DNA of 63,992 nt, filler included, from Limisphaerales bacterium (lineage in GTDB: Bacteria; Verrucomicrobiota; Verrucomicrobiia; Limisphaerales; SIBE01): assembly GCA_044225505.1 (NCBI GenBank). It is 3 parts of 3 records of this genome, joined end to end, with 100 filler letters (N's around TTAATTAATTAA, not from the genome) between each part and the next. Parts side by side here need not be neighbours in the genome. Positions count along the whole stretch, not along the records: positions 24,100 to 43,740 come from JBGAIN010000001.1; positions 43,841 to 63,992 come from JBGAIN010000152.1; 1 more part is not named here. The stretch is one strand, 5' to 3'. Made by a program: the position numbers and the translations under genes. The notes below the pieces were generated by a model. The model was not told the DNA's origin. It saw nothing but the letters and a program-made list of their open reading frames with translations, and ran no database searches. Each line of letters begins with the position of its first letter. Positions within the stretch are counted from its first letter, which is position 1. This document shows positions 31,640-44,361 of the stretch, one piece after another.

Positions 31640-31696
31640 AGCGATCGGGTTCGATTCTGCGGCAACCGGGGGCGGTGAGGGGCGTTTTGCATTCGG

Positions 31697-31936
31697 CTAT
31701 TTTCCGCATTGGCAGGCCTGCCGGCCGCACGGGACGGCTAGCAGGATATCCGACGACTTGATTACAGCCACGACCGGCGAGCCTTTCTTGAGCTTAAGCT
31801 TTAGGACGGACGCTTTCGTGATCACGGAGACCATCTCTTCGCCGCTGGGCAACGCGATGACCACCTCCGCGTTAATGGCGCCGCTGCTGATTTTGATGAC
31901 CGTGCCGGTGAGCTGGTTGCGAGCGCTGATGTTCAT
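31697..31936 (-). CDS. TOBE/Mop molybdate-binding protein (molbindin)
   Basis: MNISARNQLTG...SVITKAS...AVIKSSDI, plus tail CGRQACQCGK. Confidence 0.9.
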   Translation of the reverse strand: MNISARNQLTGTVIKISSGAINAEVVIALPSGEEMVSVITKASVLKLKLKKGSPVVAVIKSSDILLAVPCGRQACQCGK

Positions 31937-31942
31937 AGGTGA

Positions 31943-33334
31943 TTATTGGATCAGTTCGAAGTTTTCCTCGGCACAATCGCGATCCTTGGCATCGAGCAGG
32001 GCGTCGTTGATCTTTTCCATGAGCCGGAGCGCGCCCGTATAGCCCACAGAGGGAAAGTAACGATGACCCATCCGGTCGAGCACCGGAAATCCGAAACGCA
32101 CAAAGGGGATACTCTCGACCCGGGAAATGTATTTGCTGTAGGTGTTGCCAATGATGAGATCGACAGGCTCGTTCTTGATCCACTGGTGCAGGGCGAACAG
32201 GTCCGTGTTCTGCTTGACGATTGCGCCTGGCATCTGCCCGGCCAGGAGCTCAGTGACGCGGCTTTCGAAATGATTGCCGGGCGACCCGGTGACGACATAG
32301 GCAGGCTTCATGTCCAATTCGACCAGGAACTGGGTCAGCCCAATGACGTGATCGGGATCACCGACTAACGCCACGCGTTTGCCGTGAAAGTACTGGTGCA
32401 TGTCGCTCATCGCGTCCAGCAGGCGGCCCCTTTCTTCTCCGATCGTGGCGGGGACGTCGACACCTCCGTGGTTGCGCAAGGCGTGGATGAACCGGTCGGT
32501 GTTGGTCAATCCGTAGGGTAATTCCAAGAAGGCGCAGGGCACGCCGCATTTTTCATCCAACTCGATCGCCGCTGGGTGAGACGCAAAATGGCCGAGGGCG
32601 ATCGTGCCCAGGCTGTCGCCGGTAGACCGGATGTCGCTGACGGTGGCTCCTCCTTGCGGGAACATCCGGTAGCGTCCGTCCTGGGGCAGATCCAGCACGC
32701 CGCTCGTATCGGGAAAGAGGATGGCTTTGACGCCCATCTCGCGAACGATCCGCTTCAATTCGCGCATGTCGGCTGGATCGATGAACCCAGGGATCAGATT
32801 CAATTGTCCGTCATCTCTCCGCTGTGCTTCGCTTTTGCCGCTCGACTCCGACAGATACCGCACCATCGACGTGACCATGTTGGCAAAGCCGGTGACGTGT
32901 GAGCCGACAAAGCTGGGCGTGTTGGCATGAATGACCACCTTGCCCTCTGGGATGATGCCTTCCTCGATGGCCTTCTTAATCATCATTGGAATATCATCGC
33001 CAATGACCTCGGACAGGCAGGTGGTGTGGACGGCGACTACCTTGGGATTGTAGATGGTAAAGATATTCGACAGGGCTTGGGTCATATTCGCGAGCCCGCC
33101 GAAGACAGACGCGCCCTCCGTAAAGGAACTGGAGGTGGCAACGACGGGTTCCTTGAAATGGCGGGTGAGATGGCTGCGATGATAGGCGCAGCAGCCTTGC
33201 GACCCGTGGCTGTGGGGCATGCACCCATGAATGCCGAGCGCAGCATACATGGCGCCGATAGGCTGGCAGGTCTTGGCCGGATTGATCCGGAGCGCCTCAC
33301 GCGGCTTGATCGTGGAAGTGGTTCCGTCGAGCAT
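31943..33334 (-). CDS. nifK: Nitrogenase MoFe protein beta chain
   Basis: INPAKTCQPIGA, HGSQGCCAY, TTCLSEVIGDD, TPSFVGSH. Confidence 0.97.
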   Translation of the reverse strand: MLDGTTSTIKPREALRINPAKTCQPIGAMYAALGIHGCMPHSHGSQGCCAYHRSHLTRHFKEPVVATSSSFTEGASVFGGLANMTQALSNIFTIYNPKVVAVHTTCLSEVIGDDIPMMIKKAIEEGIIPEGKVVIHANTPSFVGSHVTGFANMVTSMVRYLSESSGKSEAQRRDDGQLNLIPGFIDPADMRELKRIVREMGVKAILFPDTSGVLDLPQDGRYRMFPQGGATVSDIRSTGDSLGTIALGHFASHPAAIELDEKCGVPCAFLELPYGLTNTDRFIHALRNHGGVDVPATIGEERGRLLDAMSDMHQYFHGKRVALVGDPDHVIGLTQFLVELDMKPAYVVTGSPGNHFESRVTELLAGQMPGAIVKQNTDLFALHQWIKNEPVDLIIGNTYSKYISRVESIPFVRFGFPVLDRMGHRYFPSVGYTGALRLMEKINDALLDAKDRDCAEENFELIQ

Positions 33335-33362
33335 AATCAGAGGGGGCTGGAGGTGGAGGGAC

Positions 33363-35066
33363 TCAGAGTTCTTCGGGCGATGAGGCCGGTTTGCGCCAGG
33401 ACTTGGCTTCGCCGTTTTTCTTCGCGCCGTTCAATTTGGAGCCATGGACAAGGGCGGCGGCGGATTGAGCGTCCCTCTCCCAGGGCGGTGTGAGGAACTT
33501 CCACACCTTGGTGGTGAGCATCCGGTCTACTTCACGGTAAAAGTTAATCGCGCCACTGAAAGCCGCATAAGGGCCGCTGTAATCGTAGCTGTGAAGCTGT
33601 TTGCACGGCACGCCCATTTTTTCGATCACGAACTTGTCTTTGATTCCCGAGCCGATGATGTCGGGCTGGTAGATTTCGATGAGCTTTTCCATCTCGTGAT
33701 GGCTGATATCGTCGATCACGAGAGTGTCTTTCTTCATTTCCACCATCATCCCTTCGTAATCTTTGAAGGAAAAACCTCCCGCTTCCAAAGCTGCGAGCTG
33801 TTCCGGGGTGCGTCTAGCTTTGAACCGTTCCGGGTCCGGTTCGACGTGAAGTTCCTCGATATTCCGGCTATCGGCGTCCACTTTGATCGAGGGCAGAACT
33901 TTGCGGCCTTCGTAATCGTCACGGTGGGCAAATTCGTAGCCAGCGGAGATGATTTCCATTCCCAGATCGCGAAAAAGGTCTTGGTAATGGTGCGCTCTCG
34001 AGCCTCCCACGAACAAAGCGGCTTTCTTGCCCTGGTGGCGGGCCTTGATTTCTTCGCGGACAGGCCGCACTGCGAGCAGTTCCTGAGCAATGACTTCCTC
34101 GACCCGGTCGGTGAGCTTCTTGCTATCAAAGAATTTTGCGATCTTACGGAGGGTTTTGGCGGTGGCCTCGGCGCCGATGAAATTGACTTTGATCCATGGG
34201 ATGCCGAATTTCTTTTCCATCATCTCGGCGATGTAATTGATGGAGCGGTGGCACATCACGCCGTTCAGCATGACGGTGTGGGCGCGCTTGACTTGGTCAT
34301 AGCTCACATCTCCGCTCAAGGTCGAAGTGATCTGGATGCCGCACTTGCGCAGGAGGGTGTCGATTTCCCAAGCGTCCCCGCCGATATTGTACTCGCCCAG
34401 GATATTCATGGTGAACTCTCCCGGATCGGGTGTGTCATCCAGTCCAATGATATTCTTGAACACCCCGTTATTGGCGATGTGGTGGCCGGCCGATTGGCTC
34501 ACTCCTTTGTATCATTCACAACTGAAGGCCATCACGTTGATCCCGAGTTCTTCCTTCATTTGCTTGGCGACTGTATGGATGTCGTCCCCAATCAATCCGA
34601 CCGGGCAAGTCGCGAGGATGGCGATCGCTTTCGGCTTAAATATTTCGTACGCTTCTCGGATAGCCTGTTTCAACTTTTTCTCCCCGCCGAAAATGATCTG
34701 ATCCTCCTGCATGTCAGTGTTCATGCAATATTGGAGGTAATTGGTTGAGCCCTCGGGTGGGCGCACCAGGTTCCGACGGGACAGCCAGGCGTAGAAGCCG
34801 CAACCGACCGGGCCGTGGGTGATTTGGAGAATATCGTAGATGGGGCCCAAGACGACACCACGGCAACCGGCGTAGGTGCAGCCGCGCTGGGTAATGATTC
34901 CGGGAATGGTGCGGGAGTTGGCCCCGATCTCCGGGGGCGCTTCCGGCTCATTGAGCACGATTTGCTTGGCGCGCTTCTTTCGGGTTTTGGCAGGATAAAT
35001 CTTCAGCAGCTCCTCTTTGACTGCGGCTGGCTCGGGCAGGGTCGAAGTGTCGGTAGATGGGGACAT
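33363..35066 (-). CDS. nifD: Nitrogenase MoFe protein alpha chain, interrupted by an in-frame TGA at 34512-34514
   Basis: Both ORF halves are in one frame (1704 nt): RGCTYAGC, HGPVGC, ATCPVGLIGDD, FSCE*YKGVSQSAGHH, MCHRS, QLHSYDY. Confidence 0.95.
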
Positions 35067-35127
35067 AATGGTGGGTGGATCTGGGGTGATTTCCTACTGC
35101 GGCGCAGCTTGCCTGGCTCGGCTCCGG

Positions 35128-37078
<1,951 letters not shown>

Positions 37079-37100
37079 GATAAGCTAGAGCGGGTCGCCA

Positions 37101-37976
37101 TTACACGAGAGGAAAGGATAGGCGAAGCAGTTCCGGAGTTTGGTCGTAGATCGCTACTACGACCGCGGGGTCGAGCCTTTTGAGCCACCGGGGCGGGATG
37201 CCTTGAACGCCATAAAGCGCGCCCGCCAGCTGCCCGGCGAGAGCGCCGCTGGTATCGGCGTCTCCGCCACGGTTGATCACGCGGACGAGGCACTCTTCAA
37301 AGCTGCCAGTGTTGAAAAAGCCGTCGAAGACGGTCTGGACTGTATCCACGATGTAACCGCTAGTCCTGCCGGGCCACGGTTTGAAGCGGAAGGCGGGGTG
37401 CCGAGCCACGAGGTGGTGGGCCAGTTGGTCGCACGCCGCTTGAGCGCCTTCGAGCAAAAGGCGTCGCGTCATGCAGGCTATCGCCGTGATCGCAACATCC
37501 GACTGGGGGTGATTGTGGGTCAGGTGTGCTTGCTCCAGACTTCGTTGAATCAGAATGGCTTCGTTCTCCAGAGATATGAGAACGGTTGGAAGATTGCGCA
37601 TCGCGGCTCCGTTGCCTCCATGTTCTTCGGCTGGCGGAACGGATAAACGGCCGGTTGCCAGATAGTGACTGATCCCTCGGCGACAGGTGTGCCCCATGTC
37701 CACGGGCCGGCTCCGCATCCAGGTGACAAAGGCATCCGCAATGGCTCGCAGATCCCATCCGCTGCTCGACGTTAACGCGGAGCCCAGGGCGAGCGTCATC
37801 CCGGTATCGTCGGTGACGCTTCCTGGTTTTAGGTGCAGCCAGCCGCCACCCACCATTTGATTGTGGACCGCGTAGCAAGCGGCAATCTCCTGGGCCGTCA
37901 TAAACTCGACTGTTGCTCCCAACGCATCGCCGATCGCCACCCCTAGGTAGGCGCCCAGGGCGCGATCCAGTAGCAT
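37101..37976 (-). CDS. draG: ADP-ribosyl-[dinitrogen reductase] glycohydrolase
   Basis: GDALGATVEFM, TDDT, GNGAAMR, GGDADT; adjacent to draT. Confidence 0.93.
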   Translation of the reverse strand: MLLDRALGAYLGVAIGDALGATVEFMTAQEIAACYAVHNQMVGGGWLHLKPGSVTDDTGMTLALGSALTSSSGWDLRAIADAFVTWMRSRPVDMGHTCRRGISHYLATGRLSVPPAEEHGGNGAAMRNLPTVLISLENEAILIQRSLEQAHLTHNHPQSDVAITAIACMTRRLLLEGAQAACDQLAHHLVARHPAFRFKPWPGRTSGYIVDTVQTVFDGFFNTGSFEECLVRVINRGGDADTSGALAGQLAGALYGVQGIPPRWLKRLDPAVVVAIYDQTPELLRLSFPLV

Positions 37977-38016
37977 CGGGTGGTATCGATCTTCTTGACC
38001 CGGAACGGGGGCCAGA

Positions 38017-39663
38017 TTACTGAACGGCGGCGTCGCCACGTCGAAACCGTTTGAAGTCGATGTCAAACCGTTTGGCTCGCAAACCAATCTGTCGCTCGGT
38101 CAGACCAAGACGACGCGCCGCCGCGGCCATGTTACCCTCGCAGGCCTTGAGTTCAGACACGATCATTTCGTATTCGAGGGCGGAAACGGCGGCTTCTAGT
38201 GTGCCGCGGCTGGTTTTTTCGGCGGTCGTCTTTTTCTGAAGCGTGGGGGGCAAGTGATGGGCTTCGATGGACTTGCCTGAGCTGAGAAGAACCGCCCGTT
38301 CGATGCAGTTTTCGAGTTCCCGGACGTTTCCAGGCCAGTGGTAGCTCATCAGCAGGTCGATCGCCGCCGTGGAAATACGACGGACCGATCTCTGATTGAT
38401 TTTGGTGTATTTTTCGATGAAAAAATCTGCCAGGAGGAGCAAGTCTGTCTTCCGATCGCGTAGGGGAGGCACGTAGATTGGAAAGACGTTCAGCCGATAG
38501 TAAAGATCGGCCCGGATTTTGTCCTGTTCGATCATCTGTTCCAGATTGCGGCTGGTGGCGGCCAGGATCCGAACCTCCGATTTGATGGCGACGTGGCCCC
38601 CGACCCGTTCAAACTCTTTTTCCTGTAGCACTCGAAGCAACTTGACTTGAGTCGACGGGGAAACGTCTCCGATTTCATCCAGAAAGATTGTGCCGCCATC
38701 GGCGACTTCAAAGCGGCCCTTGCGAAGGGCGATGGCGCCGGTAAACGCCCCTTTTTCGTGGCCGAACAGTTCGCTTTCGATGATCGATTCGGGCAAGGCC
38801 GCGCAGTTGAATTTAACAAAAGGCCGGTTTTTGCGGGAGCTTTGCTCGTGCAGGGCGCGAGCCACCAGCTCTTTTCCAACGCCCGATTCGCCGCGAATTA
38901 ACACGGTGGTCGCGCTGTTGGCGACCTGCTCGATTTGGAGATACACGGAACGCATTGCGTCCGAATTGCCAATGATGTTCGGAGGGCGAAGGCTCGTCTG
39001 AATCTGCTGCTTCAACCGTTCATTCTGTCTTTGCAAGGACTCCAGCTTTTCCTGGGTAAGTAAGTGAAAATGCACTACTTGCGCAATGGTGTTGGCGATG
39101 AGCGACAAGAGCCGGCGATCCGAGGAGAGGTTTACCGTGGCGTCGGCCAGCCGCTCAATGCTAAGGCTGCCCACCACTTCGGTACCGAACCGGATGGGCA
39201 CGCAAATGAAAGCCAGCACCGTCTGGCTAGCCCCCGGACGAGCCGCTTCCTGTTGCCAGCGTTCGCGCAGGGCCGGTTCCTTGGAGATCTCCGGCACCAC
39301 GATCGCGGTTCCAGTCTGGATCACTTGATCGATGACTTCGCGGCACGCCGCCAAATAGCTTTCATTGCTGACGTCGTTGGGTAGTCCGATGGTCTCACTG
39401 ATGGAAATCCCGCCTTCCGACCGCCGATGAATTGTGATCGCTCCCCGCCGGACACATGCCACTTCCTTGAGCCTGGCCAGCATCGGACGAATTACCGCCC
39501 GTAATTCCAGGCTGCTCTCAAGAGTGTAGGAGATATCCAGCAATAAGCGAAGCTCTTCGATGACACGGCACTCCGGCACCGGCCCATCACTGGGAACAAC
39601 CGGAACTGCCGCCATTCCACCACAGGCCGTCGGACACGGCTGGTTGACATGAAAGTGCGACAC
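38017..39663 (-). CDS. nifA: NifA-type sigma54 activator (GAF-AAA+-HTH); start may be 39615
   Basis: GAF domain, GESGVGKE, ESELFGHEKGAFTGA, WPGNVRELENC, C-terminal HTH; heads the nif cluster. Confidence 0.88.
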   Translation of the reverse strand: MSHFHVNQPCPTACGGMAAVPVVPSDGPVPECRVIEELRLLLDISYTLESSLELRAVIRPMLARLKEVACVRRGAITIHRRSEGGISISETIGLPNDVSNESYLAACREVIDQVIQTGTAIVVPEISKEPALRERWQQEAARPGASQTVLAFICVPIRFGTEVVGSLSIERLADATVNLSSDRRLLSLIANTIAQVVHFHLLTQEKLESLQRQNERLKQQIQTSLRPPNIIGNSDAMRSVYLQIEQVANSATTVLIRGESGVGKELVARALHEQSSRKNRPFVKFNCAALPESIIESELFGHEKGAFTGAIALRKGRFEVADGGTIFLDEIGDVSPSTQVKLLRVLQEKEFERVGGHVAIKSEVRILAATSRNLEQMIEQDKIRADLYYRLNVFPIYVPPLRDRKTDLLLLADFFIEKYTKINQRSVRRISTAAIDLLMSYHWPGNVRELENCIERAVLLSSGKSIEAHHLPPTLQKKTTAEKTSRGTLEAAVSALEYEMIVSELKACEGNMAAAARRLGLTERQIGLRAKRFDIDFKRFRRGDAAVQ

Positions 39664-39677
39664 TCGAAGAGTGCTTG

Positions 39678-39693
39678 AGCATAGGGTGTGCCG
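39678..39693 (-). promoter_or_regulatory. Possible sigma54 promoter of nifA
   Basis: CGGCAC-ACCCT-ATGCT on the minus strand; GG and GC are correctly spaced. Confidence 0.5.
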
Positions 39694-39931
39694 AAATAAA
39701 GAATTCGAGGTTTTGCGCCAGTGCGAGAAATTCCAACGCCTAGGATAATTGGCTCCGTAGCACGCATTGGCTCAAGTTGAGCAAAATGCACAAAAGGCCA
39801 CGCTTCCTTCCTCTGGAACACTCAGGCAACGGTGAACTATAGGCCGCCGACATTTCTGCATCCGGGGCGGTGCCGATGGCAATCGAAAACGCCAAATACC
39901 ACCCAGATCAGCGGATCCCGGCTGCTACTCC

Positions 39932-40801
39932 TCAGGGCGGGAAATAAGTATGTTTCTGCAGCCAGTCGATGTCTGGATTATTTGGGGAAGCGACTTCGAC
40001 GAGGTTGTTTTGGCGCGTCCACGAGGGTCTTGTCCTTGGATCAACCCAGCGCTTCGCTTCGGCGTGTCCGTCCGCAAACGACAAGGTAGCGCCACCGCCG
40101 TGCAGCGAACTAGGAAAGCTGGAGATCCGGGCAAATTGCCCTTCGCCACGGTTCAGCCAAAACGCGATGGTACTGATGCTGTCGGGATGTTCGTCGATGA
40201 AGACGAATTGTTTGGAGGTATTCGGAAGTCCCGAGATGGTCTTCGGCCCGATATGCGTCGGATGATCCCCAAAACAATCGATGCAACGGCCCACATGGAC
40301 ATTCATCGAGACACTGCGGACGCGGGGCCGGTTGCTGCCGGCTGTCAGGACTGAACTCCGGTCGGCAGGGCATTTGTAAAGGTCTGCCGCCTTGGTATAT
40401 TCTCCTAATTGCGCGTATCTCGGATTGATCAATAAATCCGCGTTCGTGTTGTCTGAATTGCTGCCGCTGTAATCAAGGATGCCTTGCGCCCACCAATAGG
40501 GACGATCAACCTGTGGAGGTCCAGGCATGACCTCGCCATTCGGCGGCATTTCGTCTTCGTGGTCATGCGCATAAAGAAGCCAAGCCAGCTGTAACTGCTT
40601 CTTATTGCTGACGCACTTTGCGGTCAAAGCGCGAGATTTCGTTGCGCTTAAGGCGGGCAGCAGAAGCCCGGCTAGAATGGAGATGACCGCGATGACGATT
40701 AGCAGTTCCATGAGGCTGAACGCATCTGTCCGGCCTGATCCGCTTCGTTTTTGTTCGAGAGTCCGCATAATCGTCATCGAGCGGTCGCGAGGTGTGGGCA
40801 T
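39932..40801 (-). CDS. Prepilin-type N-terminal cleavage/methylation protein with H-X9-DG motif
   Basis: AFSLMELLIVIAVISILAGLLLPAL, YKCPAD, HGGGATLSFADGH. Confidence 0.88.
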   Translation of the reverse strand: MPTPRDRSMTIMRTLEQKRSGSGRTDAFSLMELLIVIAVISILAGLLLPALSATKSRALTAKCVSNKKQLQLAWLLYAHDHEDEMPPNGEVMPGPPQVDRPYWWAQGILDYSGSNSDNTNADLLINPRYAQLGEYTKAADLYKCPADRSSVLTAGSNRPRVRSVSMNVHVGRCIDCFGDHPTHIGPKTISGLPNTSKQFVFIDEHPDSISTIAFWLNRGEGQFARISSFPSSLHGGGATLSFADGHAEAKRWVDPRTRPSWTRQNNLVEVASPNNPDIDWLQKHTYFPP

Positions 40802-40810
40802 GACGAGGCC

Positions 40811-42598
40811 TCAGCGATGTCTCAATCGAAAGAACATTTTTTCTTCGAAGATCACTTCGTGTGACGTCCCGGCTACGCCTGGCGCCGCTTGCCATCCCGG
40901 TGAGCTGAGCTCCGTCGTTCGTTCCAGCAAATAATCCGAATTGTCCCAGGTGAGTTTCAGGCCTTTTGCAGTTTTCGCGGCCTGTAAAACTGGAGCCGCG
41001 CTTTCCGTGATTGTTAGAGTCTGTTTGGCGGCGACATCGTGCAGCTCTTGGACAAGCCCGGACGGCCATTCCACGCGAATAGTCTGAATGGTTGCTGCGT
41101 CGCCCAGGCCGATGACCGCATCCAGGGCGTTAAAGCTAAGCCATCCTTCATTCCCGACAATTTGCCGTATTTGCCAACGATCCTGCCCGGCAATTGTCGC
41201 TTTGACACTGACTTTAGTTCCGATCGCGGAGCGGTTGGATTTTGTGCCGACGCATCGGATTTTGATCCAGGAATTGCCGTTGCCGTCATTATGGTAAAGG
41301 CCGTTGCGTTGCGCGCCGCCGATGGGTCCGCCGTTGGCGACATAGGCATCCAGGAAACCGTCGTTGTCATAGTCGCCCCAGGCGCAGCCCGTGGGATTGG
41401 CTCGGTCCGTGACCAACCGTCCTTCCGTAACCTTGATGAACGTGCCATTGCCCTCATTATGATAGAGCCGGTTGTTACCGGCGCTCGATGGATCTGCGGT
41501 GATGAATAGATCAAGTCGGCCGTCATTGTCGTAGTCGATCCAGGCGGCGCTCAGGAAGTGCCCCGTGTCCGTGGCGATGACTCCATCGGTGATCCGGGTG
41601 AAGGTGCCGTTGCCCTGATTGCGATAGAAGAAGTTCTGGAGGTTCAGACCGCTAAACCTGTAATTGGTGATGATCAGGTCCAAATCGCCGTCATTGTCAA
41701 AATCACCCCAGGCCGCGCCCACGCTCTGGCCAATGTCCCCCAGTCCCGCCGCTTCCGTAACGTTGGTAAAGTTCCCGTCTCCATCGTTTCTGAAAAGTGT
41801 GTTGGGAGCGTCTCCATAATGCGTGACGAGTAAATCCAGATCGCCGTCATTGTCGAAATCCGCCCACGATCCTTGTGTCGAATGAAGCACGTTGCCGGTC
41901 AGAGCGCTTGATGTCACTTTGGCAAACCGGCCGTTCCCTTCGTTGTGGAAAAGGAAATCTTCCTCTGCTTGGACCAGGGCGCCGTTGGCGACAAACAAGT
42001 CAAGCTGACCGTCGCCGTCATAGTCCGCAAAGGAGACGGAGACCGATACGCCAGCGCTCGACGCAACGTCGCCCGCCTGTGGTGGTCCCACCAGTTCGAA
42101 GGTTCCGTCCCCTTTGTTATGGAACAGCGGGTTAACCTTGCCCGTGAGTTGACCGATCAAGAGATCGGGCCACCCATCGTTGTCATAGTCGACCCACGCT
42201 GCAGAATGCGGGTTGTCCGCAGCAAACGTCGCGATCGCGCCTGTCGTTATTTTCGTGAATGTGCCGTTACCGTTGTTGTGGAAAAAAGAGTTTCGCGCCC
42301 CGTTATTGCCGACGAATAGATCCAGGAATCCATCGTTGTCATAATCTCCCCAAGCGGCGTTTTGCGACTCGAAAACTTCGGTGGCAATGGTGTTGGTGGT
42401 GATGCGGGTGAAAGGCGCCACCAGAGTCGCCCGCACCTGCGTTGGGCCAAGCCACGTGATCAGCAGCAGTGGCAGGATAACGCGCATGGCCTGCGCCCAG
42501 GGAGCGATCAGCCCCTCCGAGCGGTAACTGATCGCGGAACTCGCTGGACGCTTCTGGCGCGCCCCAGTGAAATCGGAGGAAGCCTTCGTTAGACTCAT
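40811..42598 (-). CDS. CRTAC1/ASPIC-UnbV family FG-GAP repeat protein (start 42598 or 42487)
   Basis: Repeated WGDYDNDGxLDL units, UnbV-like NRSAIG...GLG...IRVEWPSG, C-terminus MFFRLRHR. Confidence 0.87.
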   Translation of the reverse strand: MSLTKASSDFTGARQKRPASSAISYRSEGLIAPWAQAMRVILPLLLITWLGPTQVRATLVAPFTRITTNTIATEVFESQNAAWGDYDNDGFLDLFVGNNGARNSFFHNNGNGTFTKITTGAIATFAADNPHSAAWVDYDNDGWPDLLIGQLTGKVNPLFHNKGDGTFELVGPPQAGDVASSAGVSVSVSFADYDGDGQLDLFVANGALVQAEEDFLFHNEGNGRFAKVTSSALTGNVLHSTQGSWADFDNDGDLDLLVTHYGDAPNTLFRNDGDGNFTNVTEAAGLGDIGQSVGAAWGDFDNDGDLDLIITNYRFSGLNLQNFFYRNQGNGTFTRITDGVIATDTGHFLSAAWIDYDNDGRLDLFITADPSSAGNNRLYHNEGNGTFIKVTEGRLVTDRANPTGCAWGDYDNDGFLDAYVANGGPIGGAQRNGLYHNDGNGNSWIKIRCVGTKSNRSAIGTKVSVKATIAGQDRWQIRQIVGNEGWLSFNALDAVIGLGDAATIQTIRVEWPSGLVQELHDVAAKQTLTITESAAPVLQAAKTAKGLKLTWDNSDYLLERTTELSSPGWQAAPGVAGTSHEVIFEEKMFFRLRHR

Positions 42599-42641
42599 AT
42601 CCCTAATCACAAAATAATCCCGGGAAGGTTACATCCTATCG

Positions 42642-43740
42642 TCATGGGGAAGCACTGATTTGCGCAAGCGTGGGCGCTTGCCAAATCCTCGTGGTGCCGT
42701 CGTAGCTGGTGCTGACCAGGGTGCGCCCATCCGCCGAAAATGCCAGGGAATAGAGGATGCTTGCATGAGAATGCAGTGTCGCGATTTCCGCTCCTGCCAC
42801 CACATTCCAGAGTTTCAACTGTCCGTCAAAGCACCCCACCGCTAAAGTCCGATCATCCGGACTGAACGCCAGCGAGATCGCACCCCCATTCTCCGCCGCC
42901 AGAACTCCTTTGGGCTGACCCGTCTTCGCGTCCCAAAGACGGGCGGTCAAATCTGTCGAGCCCGAGGCCAGCCAGTTGCCATCTCCGGTGAGAGCTAGCG
43001 CGTTGATTCCGCGGGAATGTCCTGGCCAACGCGTAAAAGTATCGGCCGCCTTCCAATCGATCACGAGAATGTCTACCCAGTTCGGATGCGCCACCCAGAG
43101 CCGATTCCCGTCCGCGGAAAACTGAACCGCGCCACTTCCGGCTGCCGGGCTCAACCCAATTCCCGCGGGAAGACGGAAGGCGCTCGTTCTTCCTGAGGCC
43201 ATGTCCCAAATGACGATCGCGTCCGGAGCGCCTATGGCGGCCAGCCAGCGCCCGTCTCGCGAGGTTCCGAACGTTCCGATCAGAGGGGCTGGGCTTTGCA
43301 GGCGCAAGCGTTCTCGGCCGGTGACTGGATCCTGGATGGACACCTCATGGTCGAGAGCCACTACCAATGCCAGTTCCGTTCCGATGGCGGTGAAGAGGAT
43401 CTTTTCTCGTGTCGAGGCGGAACGGATTTGCATCGGCATTGAGAGACTACTGGAATCGCTATTCTTCCACACTTTTAATAGCGAGCCCGTCTCGCTCATG
43501 CGCAGAAGGCAGAACTCATTCCTCTTGGGAACGAACTGGCTCCACGCAATCGTTTGCAAATCACGATCCAACAAGGTCTCGATTTTACGTGCGCCCGCAT
43601 CCCAAAAGCGCACGGTTTGGTCGGCTCCACCTCCGCTGATGATGAAGCGTCCATCTGGCGAAAAGATCGCCTGGACCCGCCCGTTATGGCCACGAAACGT
43701 TATGCGCTCTTGTCGCGTTGACACGTCCCAAAGTCGGATC
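42642..43740 (-). CDS. WD40 repeat protein, 5' part lost in gap
   Basis: GH...FSPDG...WD repeats. Confidence 0.85.
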
Positions 43741-43840
43741 NNNNNNNNNNNNNNNNNNNNNNNNNNNNNNNNNNNNNNNNNNNNTTAATTAATTAANNNN
43801 NNNNNNNNNNNNNNNNNNNNNNNNNNNNNNNNNNNNNNNN
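43741..43840. other. Assembly gap / contig linker
   Basis: N-run containing TTAATTAATTAA. Confidence 0.99.
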
Positions 43841-44361
43841 ATCGTACTCCGCCCATTGGTGATGACGTAGAACAACTCCCCGTCTGGCAACCGCACGATC
43901 CGCGGATCGTGCAGGTTTGCGACGGTTGCCATCCCCAGCTTTTTGGTGACTCCATTCCCATCCCCTAACGGCCCATGGCATGGTGCGCAGTTAATCTGGA
44001 AAAGTTAACGCCCCCGCGCGATGAATTGCGCCGTTATTTCGAAAGGACCGGTTTCGACGAAATTCGTGCTTCCAGTGACTCGCCCCGTGGTCACCGGAGC
44101 GTCTTCAAAAGGATAAACAACATTCGTCTCTCCAGCGGACAATCGGTAGGGAGTTGATCGGGCGATCGTCCCCGCGACCGGCAATCGTGAACTTCGGCCG
44201 TCTTCAAAAAAACTGTCCGTCGTCTGAGGTCGCAGCTTGGCCTGTCGATCCATATCCGGAAAGATCTCCCAAGGAGGCTGGCGAGACTTGCTGCCGCGAA
44301 AGCCGGCAATGCTCACGACCAGCACACTCAGAAGAATAAATCCCAGCAGAAAATAGCGCAT
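43841..44361 (-). CDS. actE: Alternative complex III monoheme cytochrome c ActE (in-frame TAA at 44005-44007; 3' lost in gap)
   Basis: FPDMDRQAKLRPQ...ARGR*LFQINCAPCHGPLGDGNG continues in the same frame. Confidence 0.8.

Noticed and set aside
34512..34514. Alternative genetic code (TGA=Gly) or selenocysteine at the nifD stop
   Set aside because: TGA terminates many ordinary genes here (rplA, secE, nifH) and the position is Gly, not Cys.
39770..39795. GCTCAAGTTGAGC / TGAGCAAAATGCACA near-palindromes upstream of nifA as NtrC sites
   Set aside because: Only a partial match to TGCAC-N7-GTGCA; cannot be assigned.
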